DNA of 32,000 nucleotides from positions 3,660,001 through 3,692,000 of the forward strand of contig NZ_CP147990.1 of NCBI RefSeq assembly GCF_037902255.1, given 5' to 3'. The stretch is from Candidatus Electrothrix sp. GW3-4. GTDB lineage: Bacteria > Desulfobacterota > Desulfobulbia > Desulfobulbales > Desulfobulbaceae. This document shows, piece after piece, positions 15,966 through 23,725 of this stretch (its first letter is position 1; each line of letters begins with the position of its first letter). The notes under the pieces are model-generated. The model searched no databases, was not told the DNA's origin, and was given only the letters and a program-made list of their open reading frames with translations. Made by a program: the position numbers and the translations under genes.

Positions 15966-16084
15966 ACGAAACATCTCATAGATCTTAACCTGCTTAAGCT
16001 ACTTTACGCTGTATTATGCTGAACAGAAGCAGACTGTACATCTCCACCTAACCCACACACCATACCACAACCGGAGGACACAAG

Positions 16085-16495
16085 ATGATTGATCGAAGAG
16101 AGTTCCTGAAGACCACCGCTGTTGCCGCTTCTGCTGTTGCCGTCACCTCAGGCTCCAAGGTTTTTGCTGGCGAGACAGCAGCATCCCATGCCGGAATCGT
16201 GTACACAGAAAAAGAGCAGGGGCAATGGGAGGGCAAGGCAGGCAGCCATGCGCCCAAGGTCACCGTGGCAGAGGGCAAGGTTTCTGTTACGACAGAGCAT
16301 CCCATGACTGAACCGCATTTCATCGTTCGCCATACGGTTGTGCTTGAGGATGGCAAGGTTATCGGCGGCAAAACATTCACCCATGCTGACAAACCGGAAT
16401 CAAGCTTTGACCTGCCAGCAGGCTATACAGGGAAAGCCTGTGCCACCAGCTTCTGTAACCTGCACGATCTCTGGGTAACCGAATTCACGGTCTGA
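16085..16495 (+). CDS. Tat-signal-bearing superoxide reductase-like protein (desulfoferrodoxin/neelaredoxin ferrous-iron-binding domain)
   Basis: SD GGAGGA lies 6 nt upstream of the ATG. The twin-arginine signal is MIDRREFLKTTAVAASAVAVTSGSKVFAG. All five centre-II ligand positions are present: H55 (GSHAP), H72/H78 (EHPMTEPHF, H-x5-H), and C124/H127 (FCNLHDLW, compare YCNIHGLW in P. furiosus SOR). Confidence 0.8.
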   Translation: MIDRREFLKTTAVAASAVAVTSGSKVFAGETAASHAGIVYTEKEQGQWEGKAGSHAPKVTVAEGKVSVTTEHPMTEPHFIVRHTVVLEDGKVIGGKTFTHADKPESSFDLPAGYTGKACATSFCNLHDLWVTEFTV

Positions 16496-16523
16496 CCCTG
16501 AATCTCCAGCAACCATCCGCTTT

Positions 16524-16559
16524 CGGCAGGAGAACAGAGAACATGGCGTTATCCTGCCG
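16524..16559 (+). terminator. Hairpin (8-bp stem CGGCAGGA/TCCTGCCG, 20-nt loop) followed by TTTAT; possible weak terminator or mRNA-stability element
   Basis: There is a perfect inverted repeat at 16524-16531 and 16552-16559, followed by T-rich TTTAT. It lies 29 nt after the SOR stop and only 9 nt before the next ATG (16569). The long loop and short U-tract make it a weak terminator at best. Confidence 0.25.
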
Positions 16560-16568
16560 TTTATCCCC

Positions 16569-18482
16569 ATGAAGCGTTTTCTTCTTGTTTTCTTTTCCAC
16601 CACTGCCCTCTTGCTGGCAGTGTACCTTGTTCTATTTCATTCGCAAAAGAACAAAGATCCTCTTGGCAAAATCACCCTGGAGGCTATACAACAGGTTCAT
16701 AAGCACAACCTTATCGCTACAGGAAAGGGCCTGTTCAACACATCTTTGGCCCGTCGTTTCCTCAGCATTAATCGATCAATGCTGCCAGGGCTTCTAAGCA
16801 AGGGAATAGAGCAACAGCTCCGGCATTCCTCCCCATCAATAGCCCCCCAGGAGCTGATCCCTCGCCATGCTCTGGCTATTTTGGAACTGCGGAATGCCGC
16901 TGCAACAGGAAAAAGCTTTCTTGACTCCCGTTTCGGCCAGACCCTGAACACAATCGACTGGTCTGTTGTTCTGCAACGATTGAAAATCAAGAGCCGCTTA
17001 CGCCAGCCCCTGGAGCATAACGCCTCCAGCTTGATGTCTTTGCTGACCCACCCCTCCTTTGCCCAGGTCTTTGCCAAACGCCTCTTTTTGGCCCAACTTC
17101 CTGGCCTTCCCTCGCTGATTCAAAACGAACAACGCCATCCCTTGCTGGCAAACCTGCTCATCATTATGGATCCCGGCCAAGAGGAGCCAGACACGGTTCT
17201 TTCTGCCCTGCTCGATATCCTCCAGGGGAAGCAGACAACGCGCAGGTATTCTGGCTTTACGGTGCATACCCTTCAATCCAGGAAGGGACAAAAGCTCTAT
17301 GTCACCTCGGTCGGCGGCAACATCATCCTCTCCTTTGCCCAACAGCCGATGCAGACAAGTATTGCGCTCTTTTTCGATCATCTTTTACAGCGGCGAGACG
17401 ACCTGCTCCTTAATCAGGAGTACATGCAACTGGCGAAGAAGCGCCCGGAAAAAACAGATTTCTTTCTCTATGCAGACCTCTTTCGCCTCAAATTCCACCT
17501 CAAGCTCCTCCTGGCTCAATTCCGCTCACCAGGAAAAAGCTCGGAGACCATCAAGCGCCCCTGGGCCCCAGGGGTAAGAACCATGGGGTTTTATCATTAT
17601 AGCCGGGAAAACACCGAGCAGCTCAAGACCATTATCCGCTTTGCCCAGGAGCAACTCTACCCCTTTCAGCGGCATATCTATACCACCCCACCGATCCGTA
17701 ACCAAACCTTTGAAGAGGTGCCAGCCGATCTCCTGCTCTCCTTCTGGTGCAACTGGCTGGAGCCTCGACTCTGGTGGCAAACCAAGGTTGCCCACGGTGC
17801 ACAAGAGGAACTGGCAGCAGCTGACAGAATTGCGGCCTGGATCAAGGCAAAGACGGATATGAATATGGATGAATTTCTCGGCCTGTTCGGAAAAACTCTC
17901 AGTATCCACGTGGCTGACATCAGCACCGCAGGCTTCTTCCCGGTCCCTCGCCTTTGCCTGAGTATCAAAATCCAGAATCGCCAAAAAATGGACGAGTTCT
18001 TTCAGAAAATTACCGCTGATCTCCCGGTCAGGCGTACTATGGTGGGTGGGGTCCCGGTAGTCTCCTTGCTTGCTGCTCAAGGCCTCTTGCAGCCGTCCTA
18101 TGCCTTTTTCAATGGGTCTCTTCTGTTAGCGGATAGTCGAGAACAGATAGAAGATATCCTGCTGAAGAAAAAAACACCCTTGGCTGAGAGGAAGGAATTT
18201 CAAATGGTGCATACCAAGATGGCAGAACCTGCCAACCTGCATCTCTTTGCCCGAACCACTGAGGTGATCAACGCCCTGCAGGAATTAGCCTCCTGGGCCG
18301 GAACCATGATCGCTGTCCGTGACCATAGGACCGGGGCCAAGAGTAAGCTCCTTGTTGATCAGGTTATCTCCCCCATATTGGAGAGCTTCAAGACATATCA
18401 GGCCATAGGCATACGGAGCGTCACCGCCCCGGATGAATTGCTTATTGACGGGACAGTGCTGCGGGCAGAGGCAACCGAGTAA
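16569..18482 (+). CDS. Hypothetical 637-aa protein with an N-terminal membrane anchor or signal and a large extracytoplasmic domain
   Basis: Long clean ORF. The N-terminal MKRFLLVFFSTTALLLAVYLVLF is a single hydrophobic segment, and the rest is soluble-looking. I recognise no catalytic motif. It might belong to a DUF3352-like family, but I cannot confirm this by eye. Confidence 0.6.
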   Translation: MKRFLLVFFSTTALLLAVYLVLFHSQKNKDPLGKITLEAIQQVHKHNLIATGKGLFNTSLARRFLSINRSMLPGLLSKGIEQQLRHSSPSIAPQELIPRHALAILELRNAAATGKSFLDSRFGQTLNTIDWSVVLQRLKIKSRLRQPLEHNASSLMSLLTHPSFAQVFAKRLFLAQLPGLPSLIQNEQRHPLLANLLIIMDPGQEEPDTVLSALLDILQGKQTTRRYSGFTVHTLQSRKGQKLYVTSVGGNIILSFAQQPMQTSIALFFDHLLQRRDDLLLNQEYMQLAKKRPEKTDFFLYADLFRLKFHLKLLLAQFRSPGKSSETIKRPWAPGVRTMGFYHYSRENTEQLKTIIRFAQEQLYPFQRHIYTTPPIRNQTFEEVPADLLLSFWCNWLEPRLWWQTKVAHGAQEELAAADRIAAWIKAKTDMNMDEFLGLFGKTLSIHVADISTAGFFPVPRLCLSIKIQNRQKMDEFFQKITADLPVRRTMVGGVPVVSLLAAQGLLQPSYAFFNGSLLLADSREQIEDILLKKKTPLAERKEFQMVHTKMAEPANLHLFARTTEVINALQELASWAGTMIAVRDHRTGAKSKLLVDQVISPILESFKTYQAIGIRSVTAPDELLIDGTVLRAEATE

Positions 18483-18579
18483 CACTCGCAGACATCCTCT
18501 GGCCTCGGCGATATATGCTGAGACCAGCTGTCAGCTTATCCACAAAGTAAACACCAGACCATAAGCAAAGCCAAAGATT

Positions 18580-20250
18580 ATGCTTCACCTTGTCAGTCTC
18601 AACTGCCGCTACTCCCACTCCTGCCTGGCCCTCTTCTATCTGCGCAATGCCCTGGAGCAACATCTGCCAGAGCAACCTCTGCTCTTCAGCCAGTTCACGA
18701 TTAATGACCCCTATTATGGCACCCTGCTGCGTATCAGCAGAGAAAGGACAAAAGCGGTCTTTTTTTCCGTCTATATCTGGAACCATAGCTTTGTTTACCG
18801 CCTGATCAACGATCTGGCCCGGCTCCGACCGGGCCTCTCCATCATCCTCGGTGGACCTGAGGCCCAGGCCCTGGGAGAACTGCCCGAGCAATGCACCCTT
18901 TTTCTCGGCGAGCTTGAAGGGGCCCCAGCAGCATTTTACCAAGATCTGAACAAAGGTCGTCTCCAATCGCTGTATCGGGCAGAACGACCGCAGTCCTTCC
19001 CCTCGCCCTACCGACCAGAGGACTTCAGTGGTGCCCTGAAAAACCGCCAGCTCTATTACGAATCCTCGCGCGGCTGCCCCTTTTCCTGTTCCTACTGCCT
19101 CTCTTCCGGCTCCAAAGGGGTACGCCACAAGCCTGTTGAACTGGTCAAGGAAGAGCTGACCGCTCTCATCGCCGCAGATCCTATGATCATCAAACTGGTC
19201 GATCGCACCTTTAATGATCATCCAGAACGGGCGCTGACCATCTGGCAATTTCTCATCAAGTCAGCACAACAGGTCCGCTTTCATTTCGAGATCGCGCCAG
19301 ATCGCTTCACAGAAGCCATGTTTGCACTGCTGGCTACGGTTCCCTGTGACCAGTTCCAGTTTGAAATAGGTATCCAGAGTTGTCATGAGCCAACCTTGTC
19401 CGCAGTCAAGCGCAAGATGGATCTCGCAGCAGCCTGCCGTAATATTCAGCGCCTGCTTGCCCTGGACACCATCCACCTCCATGTGGATCTGATCCTTGGC
19501 CTGCCCTTTGAAACCAAGACCAGCTTTCGCGACGCCCTTAACCAGATCTTCCGCCTCGCGCCCCATTACATCCAACTGGGCCTGCTGAAGGTTCTACCCG
19601 ATACCGAGATCGCTCAAAGGGCTGAGGAGTTTGGCCTGATCTTTTGCAGCGAGCCGCCCTATGAGGTGCTGGCTACCCGTTGGTTGGACCATAAACAGTT
19701 GAGCGACCTGTACGAGCTCTGCGAATGCATAGAGTCCTTTTATAATAACCGCTTCTTCCGTTCCCTCTGGCACTATCTTGTTCAGTCAGGCGAAGAGCCC
19801 TTTGCCTTCTTCGCCGAACTCCTGCGCCTTTGCCGGGAATACGATTTTTTCCAGTTGTCGCGCACCCATAAATTAATGATGCAGATTCTCACTGCTCTGG
19901 TGCAAGAGCGAGAAGATAAAGAGCTGCTCCTGGATCTCCTGCGCTATGACTGGCTCCGCTGCGGCCATCGCACCTTGCCTGAATATCTCACAAAGACATC
20001 ACAAACCGAGCTGCGGAATCGTTTGCGTGATGCCTTGCCACAAAATATAGAGGACCTGTTCACCTACCAGACCCGGGTTGAGTTCCTCAAGCAGGCCCGC
20101 TTTATCGAGCTTTCTCAGGAGGCTGTGCAGTTTCTTGGCCTGACTGATCAGGATCACAGAGGAGGAGCACTTATCGCCCTGCTCCCAGAACAGACAAAGG
20201 GAGTCATGAGATTTAATAAGGCCGTCGTACTTCCCTCTTATCCATACTAA
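18580..20250 (+). CDS. B12-binding-domain radical SAM protein with a C-terminal DUF4080 region
   Basis: The N-terminus MLHLVSLNCRYSHSCLALFYLRN matches the typical start of this family (..LNAKYIHSSLALRYL..). The radical-SAM cluster motif is YESSRGCPFSCSYC (C-x3-C-x2-C). A long helical C-terminal extension follows. Confidence 0.85.
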   Translation: MLHLVSLNCRYSHSCLALFYLRNALEQHLPEQPLLFSQFTINDPYYGTLLRISRERTKAVFFSVYIWNHSFVYRLINDLARLRPGLSIILGGPEAQALGELPEQCTLFLGELEGAPAAFYQDLNKGRLQSLYRAERPQSFPSPYRPEDFSGALKNRQLYYESSRGCPFSCSYCLSSGSKGVRHKPVELVKEELTALIAADPMIIKLVDRTFNDHPERALTIWQFLIKSAQQVRFHFEIAPDRFTEAMFALLATVPCDQFQFEIGIQSCHEPTLSAVKRKMDLAAACRNIQRLLALDTIHLHVDLILGLPFETKTSFRDALNQIFRLAPHYIQLGLLKVLPDTEIAQRAEEFGLIFCSEPPYEVLATRWLDHKQLSDLYELCECIESFYNNRFFRSLWHYLVQSGEEPFAFFAELLRLCREYDFFQLSRTHKLMMQILTALVQEREDKELLLDLLRYDWLRCGHRTLPEYLTKTSQTELRNRLRDALPQNIEDLFTYQTRVEFLKQARFIELSQEAVQFLGLTDQDHRGGALIALLPEQTKGVMRFNKAVVLPSYPY

Positions 20251-20485
20251 CTTATTTTTTCCAACAGGATCAGAGAGCTCTTTGTTTTTCAGATGAGCGT
20301 TCTTCTCCAGGTCATAAATTTCTCTATTCGTTCTGGAGGAATTATGAGGTATAAAAAGAAATAGATACTTTTCAGGGAGGAATATGCCCCCCTTTTTGGG
20401 ACCGTAAAGCTGTTCTTCAAAAAAAATACTGTCGGATTATCGCTTCGTCAAAACACCTGAATAAAATATAGAGAAACAGATTGTT

Positions 20486-20914
20486 ATGAAAGATGTCAAG
20501 ATGGACAAACTGACTAAGGCATACCTTGATCATGGTATGATTTCCGAGGAGATGACCTTCTTCAAGAAATTCGTCGAAGGAATAGATGCCGATGAGGTAG
20601 AAAATTATCTCAGCAGGTTGCGGACGTTCTCAGAAGAATATATTACCAATCATTTCCGGTTTGAAGAGGAAGAAATTTTCCCCATGATACTCAAATACGG
20701 TAATGAAAAAGAAAAAAAGATGGTGCATATGTTGAAGGATGACCATGTAACCATATTAAAAAAACTTGATAAGTTTATGAAGCAGGTCGCTTCCTACGGG
20801 GCGCATCCAACAGAAAAGGAAATAGAAGAAATTATGATCTCAAGCAGAGCACTCCTTGAAATGGTCCTTATTCATGCCCGCAAAGAAGATGCCCACCTCT
20901 TTCCAAATCTTTAG
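20486..20914 (+). CDS. Hemerythrin-like (HHE cation-binding) domain protein
   Basis: His/Glu helices are present: LDHGMISEE, NHFRFEEEEIFP, LKDDHV and IHARKEDAHLFP. The gene is A/T-rich. An alternative start exists at ATG 20501. Confidence 0.7.
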   Translation: MKDVKMDKLTKAYLDHGMISEEMTFFKKFVEGIDADEVENYLSRLRTFSEEYITNHFRFEEEEIFPMILKYGNEKEKKMVHMLKDDHVTILKKLDKFMKQVASYGAHPTEKEIEEIMISSRALLEMVLIHARKEDAHLFPNL

Positions 20915-20935
20915 AGCTGCTTTGCCACTACCCGA

Positions 20936-21130
20936 TTATAACGGCACTTCATCGACAGCCTCTGCGGCCTCATCGATTGCCTTATGAACTGTATTCCCCA
21001 CAACAGGAACAACAGAGATCACGGCCCCTCCCACGCGCATAGGTACAGTGACGACCTTTGTGAAGAAGCAGCCGCTGAGGAGTGGAAGCAACATCATGAG
21101 CAACAACAGCAATAGAGCAAAAAATCTCAT
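20936..21130 (-). CDS. Small lipoprotein (64 aa)
   Basis: MRFFALLLLLLMMLLPLLSGC carries the lipobox L-S-G-C. I place the start at ATG 21130 rather than the track's 21148. It sits 45 nt downstream of the cytochrome b gene on the same strand. The SD is weak. Confidence 0.5.
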   Translation of the reverse strand: MRFFALLLLLLMMLLPLLSGCFFTKVVTVPMRVGGAVISVVPVVGNTVHKAIDEAAEAVDEVPL

Positions 21131-21175
21131 CTCAAAACAGCCAGTCAATTCTTAATAACCCTGTTTCCCCACACC

Positions 21176-22075
21176 TTATCCCCGAAGAAACCCCATGACG
21201 CTCAATACGGTATACACGAGCAACCAAGCCCCCATGAACCAGAAGGTTACCCGACGAGCACGCCCTTCCTGCGGTAAAAGCAGTAAGGCGCCAACAAAGG
21301 TCGCCGGGACAAAAATCCCAGCCCAGAAAACCGGGAGATAGCGCAGCAGCTCCTGCAAGCCGACAAAAAACCACGGTCCGTTAATATGCAGCAGGCCGAA
21401 ATGATCCCGCTCCAACGGCGTCTTAAAAAGCGGAGCAAGCAGAAGAAGAAAAAGAGTCAAGGGAAGATGATTGCGCCAGGACACGGTATAACGGCGCAGA
21501 TGCGACCAAACACAAAAACCGCCTACAACCATCAGCCCAATCAGATGATTCAAGTAGACCTTTTGTACGCCAACGGCATTGCTATCAAAGAGGATTTTAT
21601 TCAGATACGTTCCGAGGATAGGAAGCGATTGGGTGATATTCTCAGCAATGGCCCCGGCTGCCTCTCCGGTGGCGTCGCCCCGGAGGATATAGCCGGTAAA
21701 GAGCAAGGTGAGCGCAACTGGAACTGAGGCCGTAAGGCGCAGCCATGTTCCTCGGGTAAAGCGATAGGCGGGCGTGGGTGCCTTCTGCCACAGAATAATA
21801 AATAGATGCACCAACAGCAGCAGCATGAAGGCCTGGCTGGAGAAATAATGCAAGGAACGCCAGAAGGAGCCAAAGGGCACGATCAGCTCTATGGTCGCGG
21901 TGGAATAAAAGGGTTCAGCCGCGTTGTACTGGAGCCCGACAATCAGGCCGGACAGGACCGAGATATAGAGCGAAATCAAGGCATGGCCGCCCCAACGGAT
22001 TGAGAACAGCCTCTGTTGCAGCCGCTCAGTCAGCCTTTCTTGTTTCTGATGCAGCAGGTCTGGCGTGGTGGACAT
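21176..22075 (-). CDS. Cytochrome b family membrane subunit of a Rieske/cyt b complex (di-heme; b6 + subunit-IV-like fusion, ~7 TM)
   Basis: Two heme-ligand pairs are present: H76-x13-H90 (SLHYFSSQAFMLLLLVH) and H177-x14-H192 (NHLIGLMVVGGFCVWSH). An ef-loop-like segment, NGPWFFVGLQELLRYLP, aligns to PEWYFL..Y.ILR..P. The start codon overlaps the Rieske stop (TGATG, 22073-22077). Confidence 0.8.
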   Translation of the reverse strand: MSTTPDLLHQKQERLTERLQQRLFSIRWGGHALISLYISVLSGLIVGLQYNAAEPFYSTATIELIVPFGSFWRSLHYFSSQAFMLLLLVHLFIILWQKAPTPAYRFTRGTWLRLTASVPVALTLLFTGYILRGDATGEAAGAIAENITQSLPILGTYLNKILFDSNAVGVQKVYLNHLIGLMVVGGFCVWSHLRRYTVSWRNHLPLTLFLLLLAPLFKTPLERDHFGLLHINGPWFFVGLQELLRYLPVFWAGIFVPATFVGALLLLPQEGRARRVTFWFMGAWLLVYTVLSVMGFLRG

Positions 22076-22512
22076 CAGATCGTCACCACATAACCGGTTA
22101 TCGCCCCGTCTGCGTCCTTCTGGACAGCAACCGCAAAGACCGGTAAATCTCGCTCAGCTGGACCTCTCAGCCGTTTTCCCTGCTCAGTAAACCGACTCTG
22201 ATGACAGGGGCACTCAATGAGCTGCTTATCTTCCAGAAAATTCACCCGGCAGCCCAGGTGGGTACAGGTCCTGGAAACGGCCCAGGCCTGCTCTCCCCGG
22301 GCAAAGAGGATAAAATCCCGCTCCGCATGAAAACCACTCACAGGCAGGGGAGCCGCCACCTTGATATGCCTTGGCTTAGGCTTGACGGCAAAACCGGCAA
22401 AACGAAACAGGGGATAAAGGAGGCTCGCGCCGATAAAGGCCCCGGTCCAACTGAGCATATTGCGCAAAAAACTGCGGCGCTCAGCCGAGATATCTCTTTT
22501 CTTTCCCTCCAT
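22075..22512 (-). CDS. Rieske [2Fe-2S] protein with a Tat-like N-terminal anchor
   Basis: Cluster-binding boxes CTHLGC and CPCHQS are present, 17 residues apart. The N-terminal ERRSFLRNMLSWTGAFIGASLL is a twin-arginine signal or anchor. Confidence 0.85.
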   Translation of the reverse strand: MEGKKRDISAERRSFLRNMLSWTGAFIGASLLYPLFRFAGFAVKPKPRHIKVAAPLPVSGFHAERDFILFARGEQAWAVSRTCTHLGCRVNFLEDKQLIECPCHQSRFTEQGKRLRGPAERDLPVFAVAVQKDADGAITGYVVTI

Positions 22513-22532
22513 AACTCCCTGAATAAGCGCAC

Positions 22533-23060
22533 TCAGTGCGTAAACTTCTCTTTCAGTGCCGCCAGCACATGGGCAGGGACCATCCCGCTGACATCTCCAC
22601 CGTGCCGGGCAGCATCCTTGATAATGGATGAACTGATATATATCCAGCGGAAACCGGTCATGAGGAAGACGGTCTGCACCCTCCGTTCCAATTTCCGGTT
22701 CATCAGGGCGAGCTGAAACTCATAGTCAAAATCAGAAACCGCCCGCAGACCACGGACAATGGCACAGGCCCTTTGTTGAACAGCGTAATCAACAATCAAA
22801 CCATCAGTGGTATCCACTGTCACGTTCCTGTTCGCGACAAAGCATTGCTTGACCAGCGCAACCCGTTCTTCCAGAGTAAACAGGGGGGTCTTGCCCGTAT
22901 TGATGGCCAGGGCCACGATTACATGATCAAACATGCGTAACGATCGCTTAACAATATCAACATGGCCATTGGTAATGGGATCAAAGGTACCAGGGTAGAC
23001 AGCGATACCTGAGGGCCGACCCGCCTGAGAATCCAGGTCAGGAATAACTTGATGAGGCAT
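22533..23060 (-). CDS. coaD: Phosphopantetheine adenylyltransferase
   Basis: IAVYPGTFDPITNGHVDIVKRS (T/HxGH nucleotidyltransferase motif) and a WIYISSSIIK-type C-terminal region are present. The ~18-aa N-terminal extension may mean the true start is internal and non-ATG. Confidence 0.9.
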   Translation of the reverse strand: MPHQVIPDLDSQAGRPSGIAVYPGTFDPITNGHVDIVKRSLRMFDHVIVALAINTGKTPLFTLEERVALVKQCFVANRNVTVDTTDGLIVDYAVQQRACAIVRGLRAVSDFDYEFQLALMNRKLERRVQTVFLMTGFRWIYISSSIIKDAARHGGDVSGMVPAHVLAALKEKFTH

Positions 23061-23083
23061 AAAGAGTACTTCGTACGGTTAAA

Positions 23084-23689
23084 TCAGGAACAGGTGGACG
23101 TTTTACATGAGGAGTTGGCAGTATTGCGATACAACCAGAGGCCGGTTTCCCCATAGCTTCGGTGGCTCGCCAGGGTAAGGGTGCCGTATTGGTCAGCAAG
23201 CTGTTCACTTGCCCGCTCTTCAGCAATAACTAATCCATTATCTTTCAGTAAGGCCTCCCTTTCTACCATTACTACCGTCTTTTCTGCCAGTTTTTTTTCA
23301 TACGGCGGATCAAGAAAGACGATATCAAAGCGCAATTGAGCAGGCATTTTCTTTTTCAGACGCTCTATACTGTCTTGCCTGGAGAGATTCAACTGTTGCA
23401 GAGAGGCCCGTGCAGCGGGAAAACAGTTTGTCAGATTTCCGTGAATAAGCTCAAGGGATTGACGGGATTGATCGACAAAGATGGCTGTCTCCGCTCCCCG
23501 GCTTAAGGCCTCAAGGCCCAAGGCCCCGGTACCGGCATAGAGATCAAGGATAGCGCTGCCAGCCACTTCATCACCAAGGATATTAAACAGGGCCTCACGT
23601 ACCCTGTCTCCGGTGGGGCGAATAAAACGCCACCCTGCCTTGGGTCTGATCAGGTGGCGTCCTTTGGCTGAACCGCCAGTAATCCGCAT
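23084..23689 (-). CDS. rsmD: 16S rRNA (guanine966-N2)-methyltransferase
   Basis: Matches include MRITGGSAKGR.L..P....RPT.DRVREALFNIL, the SAM-binding LDLYAGTGALGLEALSRGA, and the DPPY motif (FLDPPYEK). The conserved rsmD-coaD adjacency is also present. Confidence 0.85.
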   Translation of the reverse strand: MRITGGSAKGRHLIRPKAGWRFIRPTGDRVREALFNILGDEVAGSAILDLYAGTGALGLEALSRGAETAIFVDQSRQSLELIHGNLTNCFPAARASLQQLNLSRQDSIERLKKKMPAQLRFDIVFLDPPYEKKLAEKTVVMVEREALLKDNGLVIAEERASEQLADQYGTLTLASHRSYGETGLWLYRNTANSSCKTSTCS

Positions 23690-23725
23690 AATACTCTAAA
23701 AAGAGAAATCGTAAATAAAATCAGC

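Noticed and set aside
18442-19248. 268-aa minus-strand ORF overlapping the B12-radical-SAM gene start
   Set aside because: The plus-strand frame carries the CxxxCxxC motif and the family-typical N-terminus. The minus-strand product has no features.
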